DNA of 64,000 bases from Neophaeotheca triangularis (lineage: Eukaryota): NCBI GenBank assembly GCA_054600435.1, contig BAAIJX010000006.1, positions 1-64,000 of the forward strand, read 5' to 3'. The position numbers and the translations under genes are program-made. Below, piece after piece: positions 22,411 through 34,147 of this stretch; position 1 is the stretch's first letter; every line of letters starts with the position of its first letter. A model generated the notes under the pieces. That model was not told the origin of the DNA. It saw nothing but the letters and a program-made list of their open reading frames with translations, and did not search any database.

Positions 22411-23626
22411 TATAACTTGTGTACCCCTTGTCGAGTCACTTTTCAGAAGGACCAGGATACCTTCCCATCTCGAAGCTTAGCCAGGATTTTGGCAATAGTA
22501 TCGTGTGGTATGTACTAGTATCTATGCAGCGATGCGCGTTGTCCCGCTAAGGTAGGTAGCGTTCTTCTTTTGCAGATCCCGAGAGATCGGGGGGGAAGAG
22601 ATGGGATGAGATGATGCACTGATCTACGCCATGGGTGGGAAACTCGAAATACATACCTTACGCGACTTTGCCTTGATACGTTCTTGTTAACTGGGTGCAT
22701 ACTAGTTATCTGTTCCCCTCTTTCTATCTATAACTAATATTATTCAGATGAATCATTGTCTATTATATTTTATAGCCTCTACGCCTTACCCGCTCTCTTC
22801 GCTGGCTAGACAATCACTAGCTCAACCTACTTATTTCTACTACTAGTAGCCAAGGGCCAATCGAGCCCACATGCAGCCAACGGTCGAGCAAAAGGCTGGG
22901 CTGGTACCACGTAACTTATACCTTCCTTTTCTATTAAGTTAGCTATATTTCCTGCTGATCTCCCATCCCACCCGACCCCTCGCCATCACCACCCGACGTC
23001 ATGAAACTGCCATTAAACGGCTGAGGTCTACGGCTTCCCTGGTGCAGGTGGGCTTTGGAGGGGGGAGACGGGACGGGATGATGAAGGTTATCAATCATCA
23101 TTCCATTCCCGTCATGGATACCTACTGTACCTTCTTCTACCTACCTACCTACCTTACCTGAGTTTGGCTACCTTCCTCAGCCACTTCTCTCTTGCCTACT
23201 ACCTACCTCACCTTACCTTACTCTACCTTTGCTCCTTCCTGTCTCTCACTTCTACACACCCGTGCCACCTTCTCACTCAATCTCACATTATACCTTATTG
23301 TTCCTTTGTTTTGCACCATTGAGCGTCGGTCTTGCCCTGCTATTACTTCCCTCTGTATTTCCTACCTCCTCCCTTTGTTCTTCCTTAAGCTTTTCCGCCA
23401 CGAAACATACCTCTGGAAGACGCGTCGCCCCCACCACCCACCATCTAGAATATCTACAATCCGCCAAACCACCACTAACCCTCCGACTTTCACCTGCTTA
23501 ATCTGCCGCACATCGGCCTCCTACCTCACGGCACTCGAACCTCCACCGCACATTGATACCGCCTTACCTGACCGCGAACCCTGACCTACGCCGAACCATC
23601 CAACTCCCCACCTCGACCTGCCAATC

Positions 23627-25195
23627 ATGAACGTTAACCCGCCCTCCGACTCCTTCATGGCCCTCCCCTTCCTCAAACGCAAGGCCCCCGCCCAGGCCCC
23701 GCCCTCAGACGCCTACCGACCCTCCACAAACGACACAAACCAAACCACGACGAGCGCGGGCGGCAAACGCGTCCCCTTCCTCGGCTTCCTACCCAACAAA
23801 CCCCGCAACCACTTCATCGCCATGCTCGGAGAGTTTGCCGGAACTTTCTTATTCCTCTTCTTTGCTTTCTCCGCCACACAGGTTGCCAATGCTGCTGCGG
23901 CCGGAGCGGAAGGCGAGACGGATGGCTTGGCTCAGGTGCCCAACGCTGGCGTTTTGCTGTATATCAGTTTGGCTTTTGGGTTTAGCTTGGCGGTCAATGC
24001 TTGGATTTTCTTTCGCATTTCGGGGGGTGAGTTGATGAATAATTATTACCTCTCACGTGTTTTGCGGAAATGATTGAGTAGGCGTGGAGATGGAAGGCTA
24101 ACTTGTTGATGTGTAGGTCTCTTCAACCCGGCGGTCACGCTTGGTATGGCGTTGATTGGTGCTGTTGGATGGGTCCGCGCTGGATTGGTCTTCATCTCGC
24201 AGATTCTGGGGTCGATTGCTGCAGCCGGGGTCGTCTCTGGATTGTTCCCCAGCGAGATGAATGTCTCGACCAACTTGAGCGACGGTACTTCAATCGCGAG
24301 GGGTCTTTGTGAGTCCATATTCCTCGAGCGAGGTTTTGTGATCAGACGGATGGCTGACGAGTTGCAGTCATTGAGATGTTTTTGACTGCCGAGCTTGTCT
24401 TTACTATTTTCGTATGTCTTCTGGAGCTGGCTACGCTTTGCTGCCTTGCTAATCATGAGATAGATGCTCGCAGCAGAGAAGCACAAGGGGACCTTTCTTG
24501 GTGAGTCCTGCGTGTCATCTTTAATCGGGGACTCACTTTACTAACATCCTTTGCAGCACCGATAGGGATTGGGTACGGCTCTAATCAAGCTCTTTTTCAT
24601 TGACGCCAAACATACTAATACGACCAAAAGTCTCGCCCTATTCATCGCTGAACTCGCCGGCGTCTACTTCACCGGCGGTTCTCTCAACCCCGCCCGTTCC
24701 TTTGGCCCTTGCGTCGTTCTAGCAAACTTCCCAGGCTACCACTGGATCTACTGGCTAGGCCCAGCCCTCGGCTCCATCCTAGCCGTAGGCTTCTACCGCT
24801 TCGTCAAAGTTCTCGAATACGAGACGGCAAACCCAGGCCAAGATTTCGACGACAAGGAAGACGAAGCATTCGAATTTGACGAAGAAAAAGCCGACACGGG
24901 CGCCCACGTCGCTCGACCAAACGTGGCTCAAGACCCTCGTGCCGCTAGTGGTCCGGATCCGTCGCAGAGGCCTTCTATCGGTGGCTCTGGAGCTGGCGCT
25001 GCTCCTTCTGCCTCGGCACGCTATGACGGGCCTGAAGACAGCCGGAGACCGAGCGCCATGACTGCTGTCGAGAACGGCGGGAAACGCAGATCTGGCAGCG
25101 ACGCTCGTGCGCCCTTTTCCGGGGACCGATACCGTGCGGGAGGCGACGCGGAGAACGGCGAGCTGGGCGGGCATTACCGTGTGTCCGGCCTATGA
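23627..25195 (+). CDS. Aquaporin (MIP family, orthodox AQY-like), about 5 introns
   Basis: AMLGEFAGTFLFLFF, FRISGG|LFNPAVT, TGGSLNPARSFGP, HWIYWLGP. Two NPA motifs; GT-AG introns with short exons. Confidence 0.95.
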
Positions 25196-25734
25196 TCTCC
25201 TCTGCCCGAAAATATACTTTTGAACATACTATCAAACCACCCCTTTCGCAATGGAGGATTGCGTTAGACCTTGTGGCTAATTCAATTTTTTCCGCTTTGT
25301 TACAGGCCGCATGTCCGACGCTCGAATCGTCGTCTGAATCGATACCATTCCCACTACCCGAGCAGCGGTCGCGACCATGAATCGAAGCGTGACTGGGGAT
25401 GACCCCGCCTTGAACACTTTTACCGACTGGGATGACTGGATTTCGCGGCTTCTTGACTACTATGACCGAGCGGAGCACCTGGACGCTTGACAGGGGCGAT
25501 TGATTGCACGCGTGACGAGACGGAGAGATGTGGCTTGTTGGGGGGTCTCCTGCTGCCAGCACCTGGGTTACTGGTTTGGGGTGGAGTAGCTGTTTGTGGG
25601 ATTCTCGACCATCTGCTTGGCAATGGAAGGAATTAGTAGGTTTGCTTCGTTTGATACTCCTATGGGCTGCTTGGTTAGGTTTTTGGGATTCTTTTGTCAC
25701 GTGAACTTGGGTCTTTTGGAGTAGGTGTGGAGGA

Positions 25735-25900
25735 GGGAAGTGAGGTGGGGTGAGCTGAGGTGAGGTGAGGTGAGGTGAGGTGGACTGAGGTGATGTGGAC
25801 TGAGGTGATGTGAGTTGTCTGGAGCGTAGGTATGGATGAGAGTGAGGTTGGGTGAGGTAAGGTGGGTTGCTTGGAGTGTAGGTGGGAGTGAGGTGAGGTA
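25735..25900. repeat. Imperfect (GTGAG)n pentanucleotide tract
   Basis: Repeated GTGAG/GTGGA/GTGAT units. Confidence 0.8.
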
Positions 25901-26258
25901 AAAGTGAAAAGTGAACAAGGAATGATCCATGTCTCGTTTGCTTGCCTTACCCGCTTTCCGTTTGCACTTTTCTGGCGAGCTTTCGTGTAACTTGAGCATT
26001 TTGTCATTCACCGCTCTATTCATTGACAATCGATATTGCACTTCCAGTGTAAGTGTTCAAGTCTGCAACCTCCAAACCTCGTTCCTCGAGCACTCGCAAC
26101 AAGTATTCCCAATACTGCTTTCTCCCGTCGACACGCGATACCACCTTACTCAAAACGATCCGATTATCTATCTACCTACCCGAATATCCCAGCCCTCCAT
26201 ACCGACAGCACTTACTTGACAAACAAGGCAAACCACGACTACCGCCACCGCCCCCGCC

Positions 26259-28541
26259 ATGAAGATCTTCACCCCTACAGCTCTCCTCGTTACCACCCTC
26301 ACAATAGTAAAAGCCAACATCCCCTTCACCTTCGTCCAACCAACCTGCAACGCCACTCTACCCACAAAAGCCAAAAGCTGCCTCGCAGGCCAGTACTGCC
26401 TCGACAACGGCACTTGCATCGCCCGCCAGCACTACTACCAAGCCCACGACGCTAGTGTTGCTACGATTTCATCCCTTTTCCGCCGCGAAGTGCGCCAGGA
26501 TGGACGCTGCGGTTCCGAGTTTGGGGACGCAACGTGTGAGGCTGATGGGGAATTTGGCGGGTGCTGCAGCGGCAGGGGCTGGTGTGGCAGGATGGTGGAG
26601 CATTGTGCGAGGGGCTGGGGGTGCCAGTCTGGTTGCCTGGATGCTGCTGATGGGGTGCAGGAATCTGAAGAGCAAGCTTTCACCATTTCCACCACGGGCG
26701 CCTCAACTTCACTAGGCGAACCTGTCCTAGGCTCTCCCACCGCCTCATCAGCACCCTCCGGTCCCACGACCATCGATGGCACTTGCGGCGCCAACAACAA
26801 TGGCACCCTGTGCGGCGACTTTGAGCGCGGCAGCTGCTGCTCCCTTTACGGTTTCTGCGGCCGCACGAGCGCCTTTTGCGGTCCCGGCTGCCAATCGGGT
26901 CCCTGCGAGCAAGAACCCACGGTCCCGGAATCATCGCCCTCACCCGCCCCTTGGCACTCTAACCCGGGCTCTTTTGACATAGTCGCCGACTCCGGAGTTC
27001 CCGTCATGCACGCCGCGCTCCTACCGAATGGGAAAGTGGCGTTCTTGGACAAAGTGGAAGATTTTACCAAGTTGAGGCTGCCTGGCGGGGGGCTGGCTTA
27101 TAGTGCGGAATACGATGCTGAGACGCGAGAGCTGGTGGCTTTGCGGTATGCGACGAATGCTTTTTGTTCTGGGGGGGCGTTCTTGGCGGATGGCACGTTG
27201 GTTAGTGTTGGGGGGAATGGGCCGCTGGAATGGTTGGATCCGAGCGTGGGGGATGGGTTTGATGGGTTGAGGTTTTTGAAACGGTCGGTGGAGAATGGTG
27301 GACTGGATGGGGAGGATTGGGTCGAGCCTGGGTATAAGCTGGACACTGCTAGGTGGTACGCTTCTGCGCAAACCATGCCCGATGGCAGCGTATTCGTCGC
27401 TTCGGGCAGTCTGAACGGCCTCGATCCCTCCAAACCCGAGAACAACAACCCGACCTACGAAATCCTCGACGCTTCAGGGGTGTCCCAGACCGCGTCCATT
27501 CCCATGGACATCCTCGTCCGCGCGCAGCCCTACTACATGTACCCGGTCCTACACCTCCTACCCGACGGCAACCTCTTCATCCTCGCCTCGACAACTTCCG
27601 AACTCTTCTCCCCCTCCACCAACACAACCCTCCGCACCTACCCTGACCTCCCAGGCCCCTACCGCACCTACCCCAACGCCGGAACCTCAGCACTCCTCCC
27701 CCTCCACCACGCCACAAACTTCACCCCGTCCATCCTCGTCTGCGGCGGCGGCGCCTACCAAGACACGACTTCCCCAACAACACCCAGCTGCGGCCTCCTT
27801 TCCCCGCTCGCGCCAGAACCAAGCTGGGACCTCTCCTCCCCGCTCCCAGCCGGCAGAGGCAGCCCCGACCTCCTCACGCTCCCAGACGGAAACCTCCTCC
27901 TCCTCAACGGCTTCCACACAGGCGCCGACGGCTTCCTCCTAGCCTCCTCACCCGCCACCACAGCCCTCCTCTACACCCCCTCCGCCCCCCCCACTTCCCG
28001 CTGGTCCACAGTCGGCACGAGCCGAATCCCACGCATGTACCACTCCATCGCCCTCGTCCTCCGCGACGGCACCGTCCTCATCGCCGGCAGCAACCCCAAC
28101 GAAATGCCCGTGCTAAACCTCACCGACGCCTCCCCACCCCCGCAAGCCTTCGCCACCGAGTTCCGCATCGAAATCTTCACGCCCCCGTACCTTTCCGGCG
28201 CCCGAGCGGCCCGGAGGCCCGGAAACGTGCGCGTCGCGTCCAAGCACTTGAGCCACGGGCGCGAGTTTGATGTCCGCTTCGTTGTCCCTCCGGAAGCGGT
28301 TGGAGGGCTAGGGGTGTTGGACGTCGTGGTTCATCAGGGGGGGTTTGTCACTCATGCCATGCATATGGGGCAGAGGATGGTGGTATTGGAGTGGGAGGGG
28401 TTTGTGGCTGGGAGGGAGGGGGAGCAGGTCGTGAGGGTGAGGGTGCCGGGGAGTAGGGCCGTCGTGCCCCCGGGGCCGTATGTGGTTTTTGTTGTGTTGG
28501 ATGGGGTGCCTGGGGTTGGGGTGAGTGTTTTGGTAGGGTAG
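26259..28541 (+). CDS. Secreted copper radical oxidase (AA5_1, glyoxal oxidase-like) with two CBM18 hevein-type domains
   Basis: Signal peptide; DGRCG..GCCSGRGWCG..HC..GCQSGC and DGTCG..CCSLYGFCG..FCGPGCQSGPC; catalytic-type motifs NAFCSGG, RWY, RMYHS, GFVTH..MGQR. Confidence 0.92.
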   Translation: MKIFTPTALLVTTLTIVKANIPFTFVQPTCNATLPTKAKSCLAGQYCLDNGTCIARQHYYQAHDASVATISSLFRREVRQDGRCGSEFGDATCEADGEFGGCCSGRGWCGRMVEHCARGWGCQSGCLDAADGVQESEEQAFTISTTGASTSLGEPVLGSPTASSAPSGPTTIDGTCGANNNGTLCGDFERGSCCSLYGFCGRTSAFCGPGCQSGPCEQEPTVPESSPSPAPWHSNPGSFDIVADSGVPVMHAALLPNGKVAFLDKVEDFTKLRLPGGGLAYSAEYDAETRELVALRYATNAFCSGGAFLADGTLVSVGGNGPLEWLDPSVGDGFDGLRFLKRSVENGGLDGEDWVEPGYKLDTARWYASAQTMPDGSVFVASGSLNGLDPSKPENNNPTYEILDASGVSQTASIPMDILVRAQPYYMYPVLHLLPDGNLFILASTTSELFSPSTNTTLRTYPDLPGPYRTYPNAGTSALLPLHHATNFTPSILVCGGGAYQDTTSPTTPSCGLLSPLAPEPSWDLSSPLPAGRGSPDLLTLPDGNLLLLNGFHTGADGFLLASSPATTALLYTPSAPPTSRWSTVGTSRIPRMYHSIALVLRDGTVLIAGSNPNEMPVLNLTDASPPPQAFATEFRIEIFTPPYLSGARAARRPGNVRVASKHLSHGREFDVRFVVPPEAVGGLGVLDVVVHQGGFVTHAMHMGQRMVVLEWEGFVAGREGEQVVRVRVPGSRAVVPPGPYVVFVVLDGVPGVGVSVLVG

Positions 28542-29111
28542 GGTTAGGGGGGTTTGGTGGTTTTGTTCTGTGAAGTGGGATGGGAGGAGAGAGGAGGTAT
28601 TGGTGGACGTGGCTTCTGCGTGGTGTTGAGAGGACACGGGCTGGTTGAGCTGGACTAGCATACTATTCAGTATTCCAATAGTACGTGGTTTTGTTGCCCC
28701 GGGCTTTATCCTACGCTGTTATTCTCGCTACTCTCGTATGAAACGGTCGAGGAGGGGCCCTACAAGCCCTGCTATTTTACCTAGGTAGGCTACTACGGTA
28801 TTGGACTACTTTTGAATGGCTACCGCTGAGAGTAAACAACACTCGAGGCAACTAGCTCCGGTATAAACATCAACGGGAATTTCATAATCCTCTTCTCTTG
28901 AGACTTTACTACAGCTTACAGCTGTGGGGGAGTCCTGTGACTCTTGTAATCACTTGAGTCGATATTGAGAGGTGAGAAGACACAAACGTAGCCGAGAGGC
29001 TGCAATAGCACGGACCGGTTGGATTGCGATTTCTCTACTGCTTTAACCCATCGATTGATCCAAACTTCGTATCAGGAGCTCGTCAAATCATGCGCATTAT
29101 CGTCAGACCCG

Positions 29112-30302
29112 TCAAACCTTCTCGCTCAACCACTCCTTGGGCATCATATCCGGCTTGGGACCAGCGGGAATCGTCTTTTGCTTCGACGCACCAGCATAAC
29201 CCCTTTTGATCTACACGGGGCAAATAAGTATCAGCATCGAATTCCAAGTCGGAAACCAAACAAGAAAAGAAGCAAATTCCAAAAAAGAACGAGGGTCGAA
29301 GAAGAATAAGGATTCCTAAAACTCACATGCCAAAAATCCACCGTCTTCCGGAAAGCCCCCCGGGTAACTTCACTGTCCTCATAAAAGACAAACTGCAACC
29401 AGCGTTGAATATGCGGGTAATCGTGCCGGATCATTTTCAGATTGCACCGGAACATTGTGTGATAACCCACGTCAAACCGGATGATGGTCGTATAGAGCCG
29501 TATATCCGCTTCTGTGAGCTGGGAACCGAAAATGTAAGGGCCGGAATTTTTGATCGAGGGCTGCGAGAGGTGGGCTTCCATTTTGTCGAGAGCGGCGAAG
29601 AGAGTCGTGACGGCGGATTCGTAGGCTTCTTGGGCGGGTGAGAAGCCGGCCTTGGAGGTGAGTGTGGTTAGTTGGTTGTAGAGGGAGGATGGGGCTGGGT
29701 GAACTCACTTTGTAGACGCCGTTGTTGATGTCCGTGTACACCCAGCCGTTCATCTCCTCGATCTCCTTTCGTAGGTTGTCCGGCAACAGGCCGCCATCGG
29801 GTTTATTCGCTTCGCGTAAATTTTCAGGCAAGAGGGAGTCGAACTCGGTGTAGAACATGCGGATGATTTCGGAACTTTCGTTGTTGACGACGGTCTCGTG
29901 CTTCTTGTCCCAAAGCATGGGGACGGTGAAACGACCTTGATAGTTTGGGTCGGCTTTGAGGTAAAGATCTCGGTGTTTGGTGAAACCGTAGAGCGGATCG
30001 CAAGGGGCGGTGCCGTCGCGACCCGTGAAGATCCAGCCGTCGGGCCCCATTTCGCAGTCTTCGATTACCAATTGGATAACATCCTCGAGGCCTTTGAGGA
30101 TGCGGACTAGATGGGCGCGGTGGGCCCATGGACAACCGAGGTTGATGTACAGGACGTAACGGTCTTTTTCCGGAGGGAATTGGGCGTCTGGGGCAGAGGA
30201 GATGGAGGAGCGGAAAGCAGATTCTGGCCTTTTGAAGGTGCCTGATTTGTCTATGATGTCTTTCAAGTCGGTGGCGTCCTTTGATGGAGGAGGAGGAGAC
30301 AT
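29112..30302 (-). CDS. Omega-like glutathione S-transferase / glutathionyl-hydroquinone reductase (Ecm4/Gto family)
   Basis: [50 protein letters not shown]. Two introns; last exon IKRGYAG...SEKV* ends at 29112. Confidence 0.92.
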
Positions 30303-30805
30303 GGCTGCGAGAGTTGGTTGGATGGGTTAGTAGAGGTTTGAATAGATGTTGTGGCAAATACCGAAATGATGGAACAAGGATGGAGTGTTGTCGGAGTATG
30401 AGAAGAGAAAGAGTTGTTGGAGACAGGGTTACTGTATGTATTTGTAGGTATATGTAGCTATAACAGACGAGCTATCGGTCGGTACATACCTCCTACCTAC
30501 CCATGCGAGGCCGGGAAATGGAAGGCTACCTACCTTAGGTATCTCATGACGCTTACATCATCGCTGAGTAAGCTGGAGGTGATTCGCATCAATCATCTTA
30601 TCTTATCTTATCTTCCCACCTCATCTCAACCAAAAAGTTGCCTTCCTCGAGCTCGTCCCGCCGTGTCCAAATGCGCTCCAATCAAAACGCCCAAAGTGCG
30701 ACTACCAACAGAAACAACCTGAGCAATCAACATTAATCCCAATTGTCTGCAAGCTGCCTCGTTCGTTCTTGAGCTACTCGCCAATTCCCAGAGACAACCG
30801 CAACA

Positions 30806-31813
30806 ATGTCCAAACCAATTCGCCTCCCACCGGCACTAGAGCCCTACCTCACCCTTCCGCCAGAGTTGTCGCTATTGCTATTCACCGGAACGCTGGGGTG
30901 TAGTCCGACTTGGTTGGTCGCGAGACATATCGCTGGGATTCTTGGAGAGGGGGGCTCAGGAGGGCGAAAGCAGGAGAAGGGGGCCGAGCAAGGGGAAGAA
31001 GACGAGACGGAAACGGCAGTGGTGCTCGTGAGCTGGATGCGGGATGAGACGTTCTGGCGGACCGAGTTGCGGCGGTCATGTGTAAGTTCCATCTACCCAC
31101 TGAACCCCACTGCGAGAGATCATCTTTTCGCACACCGGAGGAACCAGCCACTCTTGAAGCCACGGCGCAGACCCTTCCCTCAACTCAAGCTAACCATCCC
31201 CCCACCACAGAATCTCGATCCCCCCCGCCTAACCTCTCAAAAGAGGTACACCTTCATCGACGCCCTCTCCCCCTCAACCCCCTTACTAGACCTCTCCTCC
31301 CTCCTCCCCAACCTCCCCTCCCCAACCCCAAAGCGCAAAACGCACCTAATCCTCGACCACCCCGAACCCCTCCTCCACCTCACCCCACCCCCCAGCACCC
31401 CGACGTCGCAAACCCTCCTGACCCAACTCCTCCACCTCCGCTCGACCGTCCACAGCGCCTCGCTCGTCCTCCCCAGCGACGAACCCCTGCTCTCCCCCGC
31501 CACGGCTTCCGCGGGCGAGACTTCCACCCCCCTGGCCACGGAAATCTCGCGCTTCATCGTCGGGGTCGGATGGCAAGCGCGGTTCGTGCTCGGGTGTCGG
31601 GAGCTGGGGACTGGGGCGGCTAGGGATGTTAGTGGGGTTTTGAGGGTTAGCAGGGGTGGGGGGTGGGATCGGGAGGGGGAGGAAGAGGAGGAGCAAGGGG
31701 AAAAGAGGGCAGGGGACGGGGTCGAGGGGTTGGAGGTGTTGTATTTGGTGGCTAGGGATGGGAGAGCGGAGGTTTTTGAGAGGGGGGCCGGTTTTGGCGG
31801 TGGCGGTGGGTAG
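30806..31813 (+). CDS. ELP6: Elongator complex subunit 6-like
   Basis: LPPELSLLLFTGTLG..WLV, VVLVSWMRD..FW, RELGTGAARDVSGVLRV. Probable intron 31082-31210. Confidence 0.75.
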   Translation: MSKPIRLPPALEPYLTLPPELSLLLFTGTLGCSPTWLVARHIAGILGEGGSGGRKQEKGAEQGEEDETETAVVLVSWMRDETFWRTELRRSCVSSIYPLNPTARDHLFAHRRNQPLLKPRRRPFPQLKLTIPPPQNLDPPRLTSQKRYTFIDALSPSTPLLDLSSLLPNLPSPTPKRKTHLILDHPEPLLHLTPPPSTPTSQTLLTQLLHLRSTVHSASLVLPSDEPLLSPATASAGETSTPLATEISRFIVGVGWQARFVLGCRELGTGAARDVSGVLRVSRGGGWDREGEEEEEQGEKRAGDGVEGLEVLYLVARDGRAEVFERGAGFGGGGG

Positions 31814-32497
31814 GAAGCGGGGCTTTTTTGATGCGAGCCTTGAAGGGGACGGGAATGGTGTTGTGGGTCAAGGGGAAGCGCCGTTCGGCTGAGGACCAGA
31901 GATACTTGCGGCTGAAGGTGCAGTAAAGGGAGACGATTGTCGGAAGTTCACGCACCAAGTTGCTTGGAATCGTCAGCGATGAGAACTTTCTCACCTTGCG
32001 TCAGAACTGCGAATCCCTGCTAGTAATTTCACCAGAAGCTGCCACGGTCTACGAGATCCATTCACTGGATATTCCCGAGTCAGGTTCTGGTGACCGACTC
32101 TTGAAGGCCAACGCCCGGGTAATGATACCAGCCGCTCTAGATCCTCACGACCAGCAGTCGGTCTTCCCGCGTCAACGGAGTGCGCCGAGCTTGTTATAGA
32201 GGGCTTGAGTTGTGGCGCTCGCAAGGGCAGAACGCATGGCTCTTTCTGAAACATTGCCAGCTCAGGGTTGGATGCGTCCGAGAGTAACTTTCCACCGTAG
32301 CAGAAACGCTGTAGCAACGTAAATAGCCGCAAAGCAATGTACCGAGTCCTGATTTCTATCGCATTGCTCATATCACACATGTCCACATAGCATTCACGCA
32401 TGTAGTTACGTAGCAGCAGAAACCACATCCACACCATCACCTCTCACATCCGCTCCCTCTCCTACCAATTGCCACCCCTCAGCCACACCCTGTCAAC

Positions 32498-33841
32498 TCA
32501 AACAAACCCCTTCAAAACCGCAGCCTCGGCATTCAAAATCGAACTCCCCGCCGCACCAATCACGGTATTATGACTCAACGCGACAAACTTGACATCAAAG
32601 ATGCCACTCTCATCTTCCCTAACCCTGCCAACGGAAACGGCATACCCGCGATCGGTCTCGCGGTCCAGTCTTGGTTGCGGGCGATCCGGCTCATCCATGA
32701 CGACAATCGCTCTCGAAGGGGCAGAAGGGCAGCCGAGCTTCTGCGCTTCCGAAACGTACTCGCGCATCGCTTGCTGCACTTCCTCGGCACTGGGAGCGGG
32801 ACGGCGGTCAAAGGACAGCGAGACGCAAGCAGTGTGGCCGTCGAGAACGGGAACGCGGTTGCAGGCGGCGGAGATGCGGAGGTCCTGCTGGTCGGTGAAG
32901 GAAGTGTGGGAGTCGTTGATGCCGCCGAGGATCTTTTGCGCTTCCGTTTCCAGCTTGTCTTCCTCGCCGCTGATGAAGGGGACGACGTTGTCGAGCATGT
33001 CCATGCTGCTGACGCCCGGGTAGCCGGCGCCGGAGACGGCTTGTAGGGTCACGACGGAGACGCGGTTGATGGGGCCGAAGCGGGCTTGGAGGGCCGCGAA
33101 GGGGATTACGAGCCCGATGACTGCGCAGTTGGAATTGCAGACTAGGAAGCCCTTGTCTAGCGAGTATTCGCGGCGTTGGTGGGGAATGAGGTCGAGGTGG
33201 GGGAGGTTGACGGTGGGGACGACAAGGGGAACGAGCGGGTTGCGGCGGTAGTTTTTGGCGTTGCTGAAGATGGGGATGTTGTGTTTAATAAAGGCCATTT
33301 CTGCGTAGGTCGCAATGGTTAGTACAACCATTCTCTGCCCTTGACACTCCCTCCAACTGCCCTCTGTACCCTCCCAACCAAAACAGAGCCCCGGTACATG
33401 GAATACGAACTCACCAGTCTCCTCAGCAACATCACTATCCAGCCCACTAAAAACCATATCACACTCCTCAAACTGCTCCGGCACGCACTCCTTGACCACC
33501 AATTCTCCCAACTCCTTGCTCATGGGCATCGACTGCTTCCACTTAACTGCATCGCGGTACTTCTTGCCGGCCGAGCGCGAGCTAGCGCCCACGGCGTGCA
33601 GGGTGAAGTGCGGGTGTAGCGCGAGGAGGAGGATGAAGCGTTGCCCGACTGAGCCTGTGGCGCCTAGAACTCCTATTGCAGGGGAAATGGAGCGTTAGTT
33701 GGGGTCTTATTGCGTGGTAGTAGAAGTGGTGGTGGTTGTGCGGGCCTTGGGGGTTTGGGTATTGGGAGAGAGGAGGAGAGACGGACCGCACCTCTTCTTG
33801 GGGAAGTTGGGCGCTGGGGCTGTGAAGTGTTCTGCGTCCAT
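32498..33841 (-). CDS. HOM2: Aspartate-semialdehyde dehydrogenase
   Basis: [68 protein letters not shown]. Two introns. Confidence 0.96.
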
Positions 33842-34147
33842 TCTGGCCGGTTTGAGTCTGTCGATTTGGTACAGTTTTATTGTGAAAGCAAAGAGCAATT
33901 AATGTTTATTCTGTTTCTAGCTGGACAATTTTTGGGCCAAGCTGTGACGCAGACTCCAGGGTTCCCCCTCCGTCTTCGGAGGGGCTGCTTTGGGGGCCAA
34001 AACAGACGATTGACTACGAGAACAAGGGGCTCAGTTTTGAATGGTTCTTTCAAAGAGCAGCATTTAATACACAATACCCCTATAATTCTCTGGGTATGCC
34101 GTTGCCCATCATAACCTTGAAAGGCTTGCGTCAACTTTCAAACCCAA

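Noticed and set aside
21832..23584. Short ORFs between the RING E3 and the aquaporin
   Set aside because: They derive from microsatellites and pyrimidine-rich UTR/promoter sequence, mostly with non-ATG starts.
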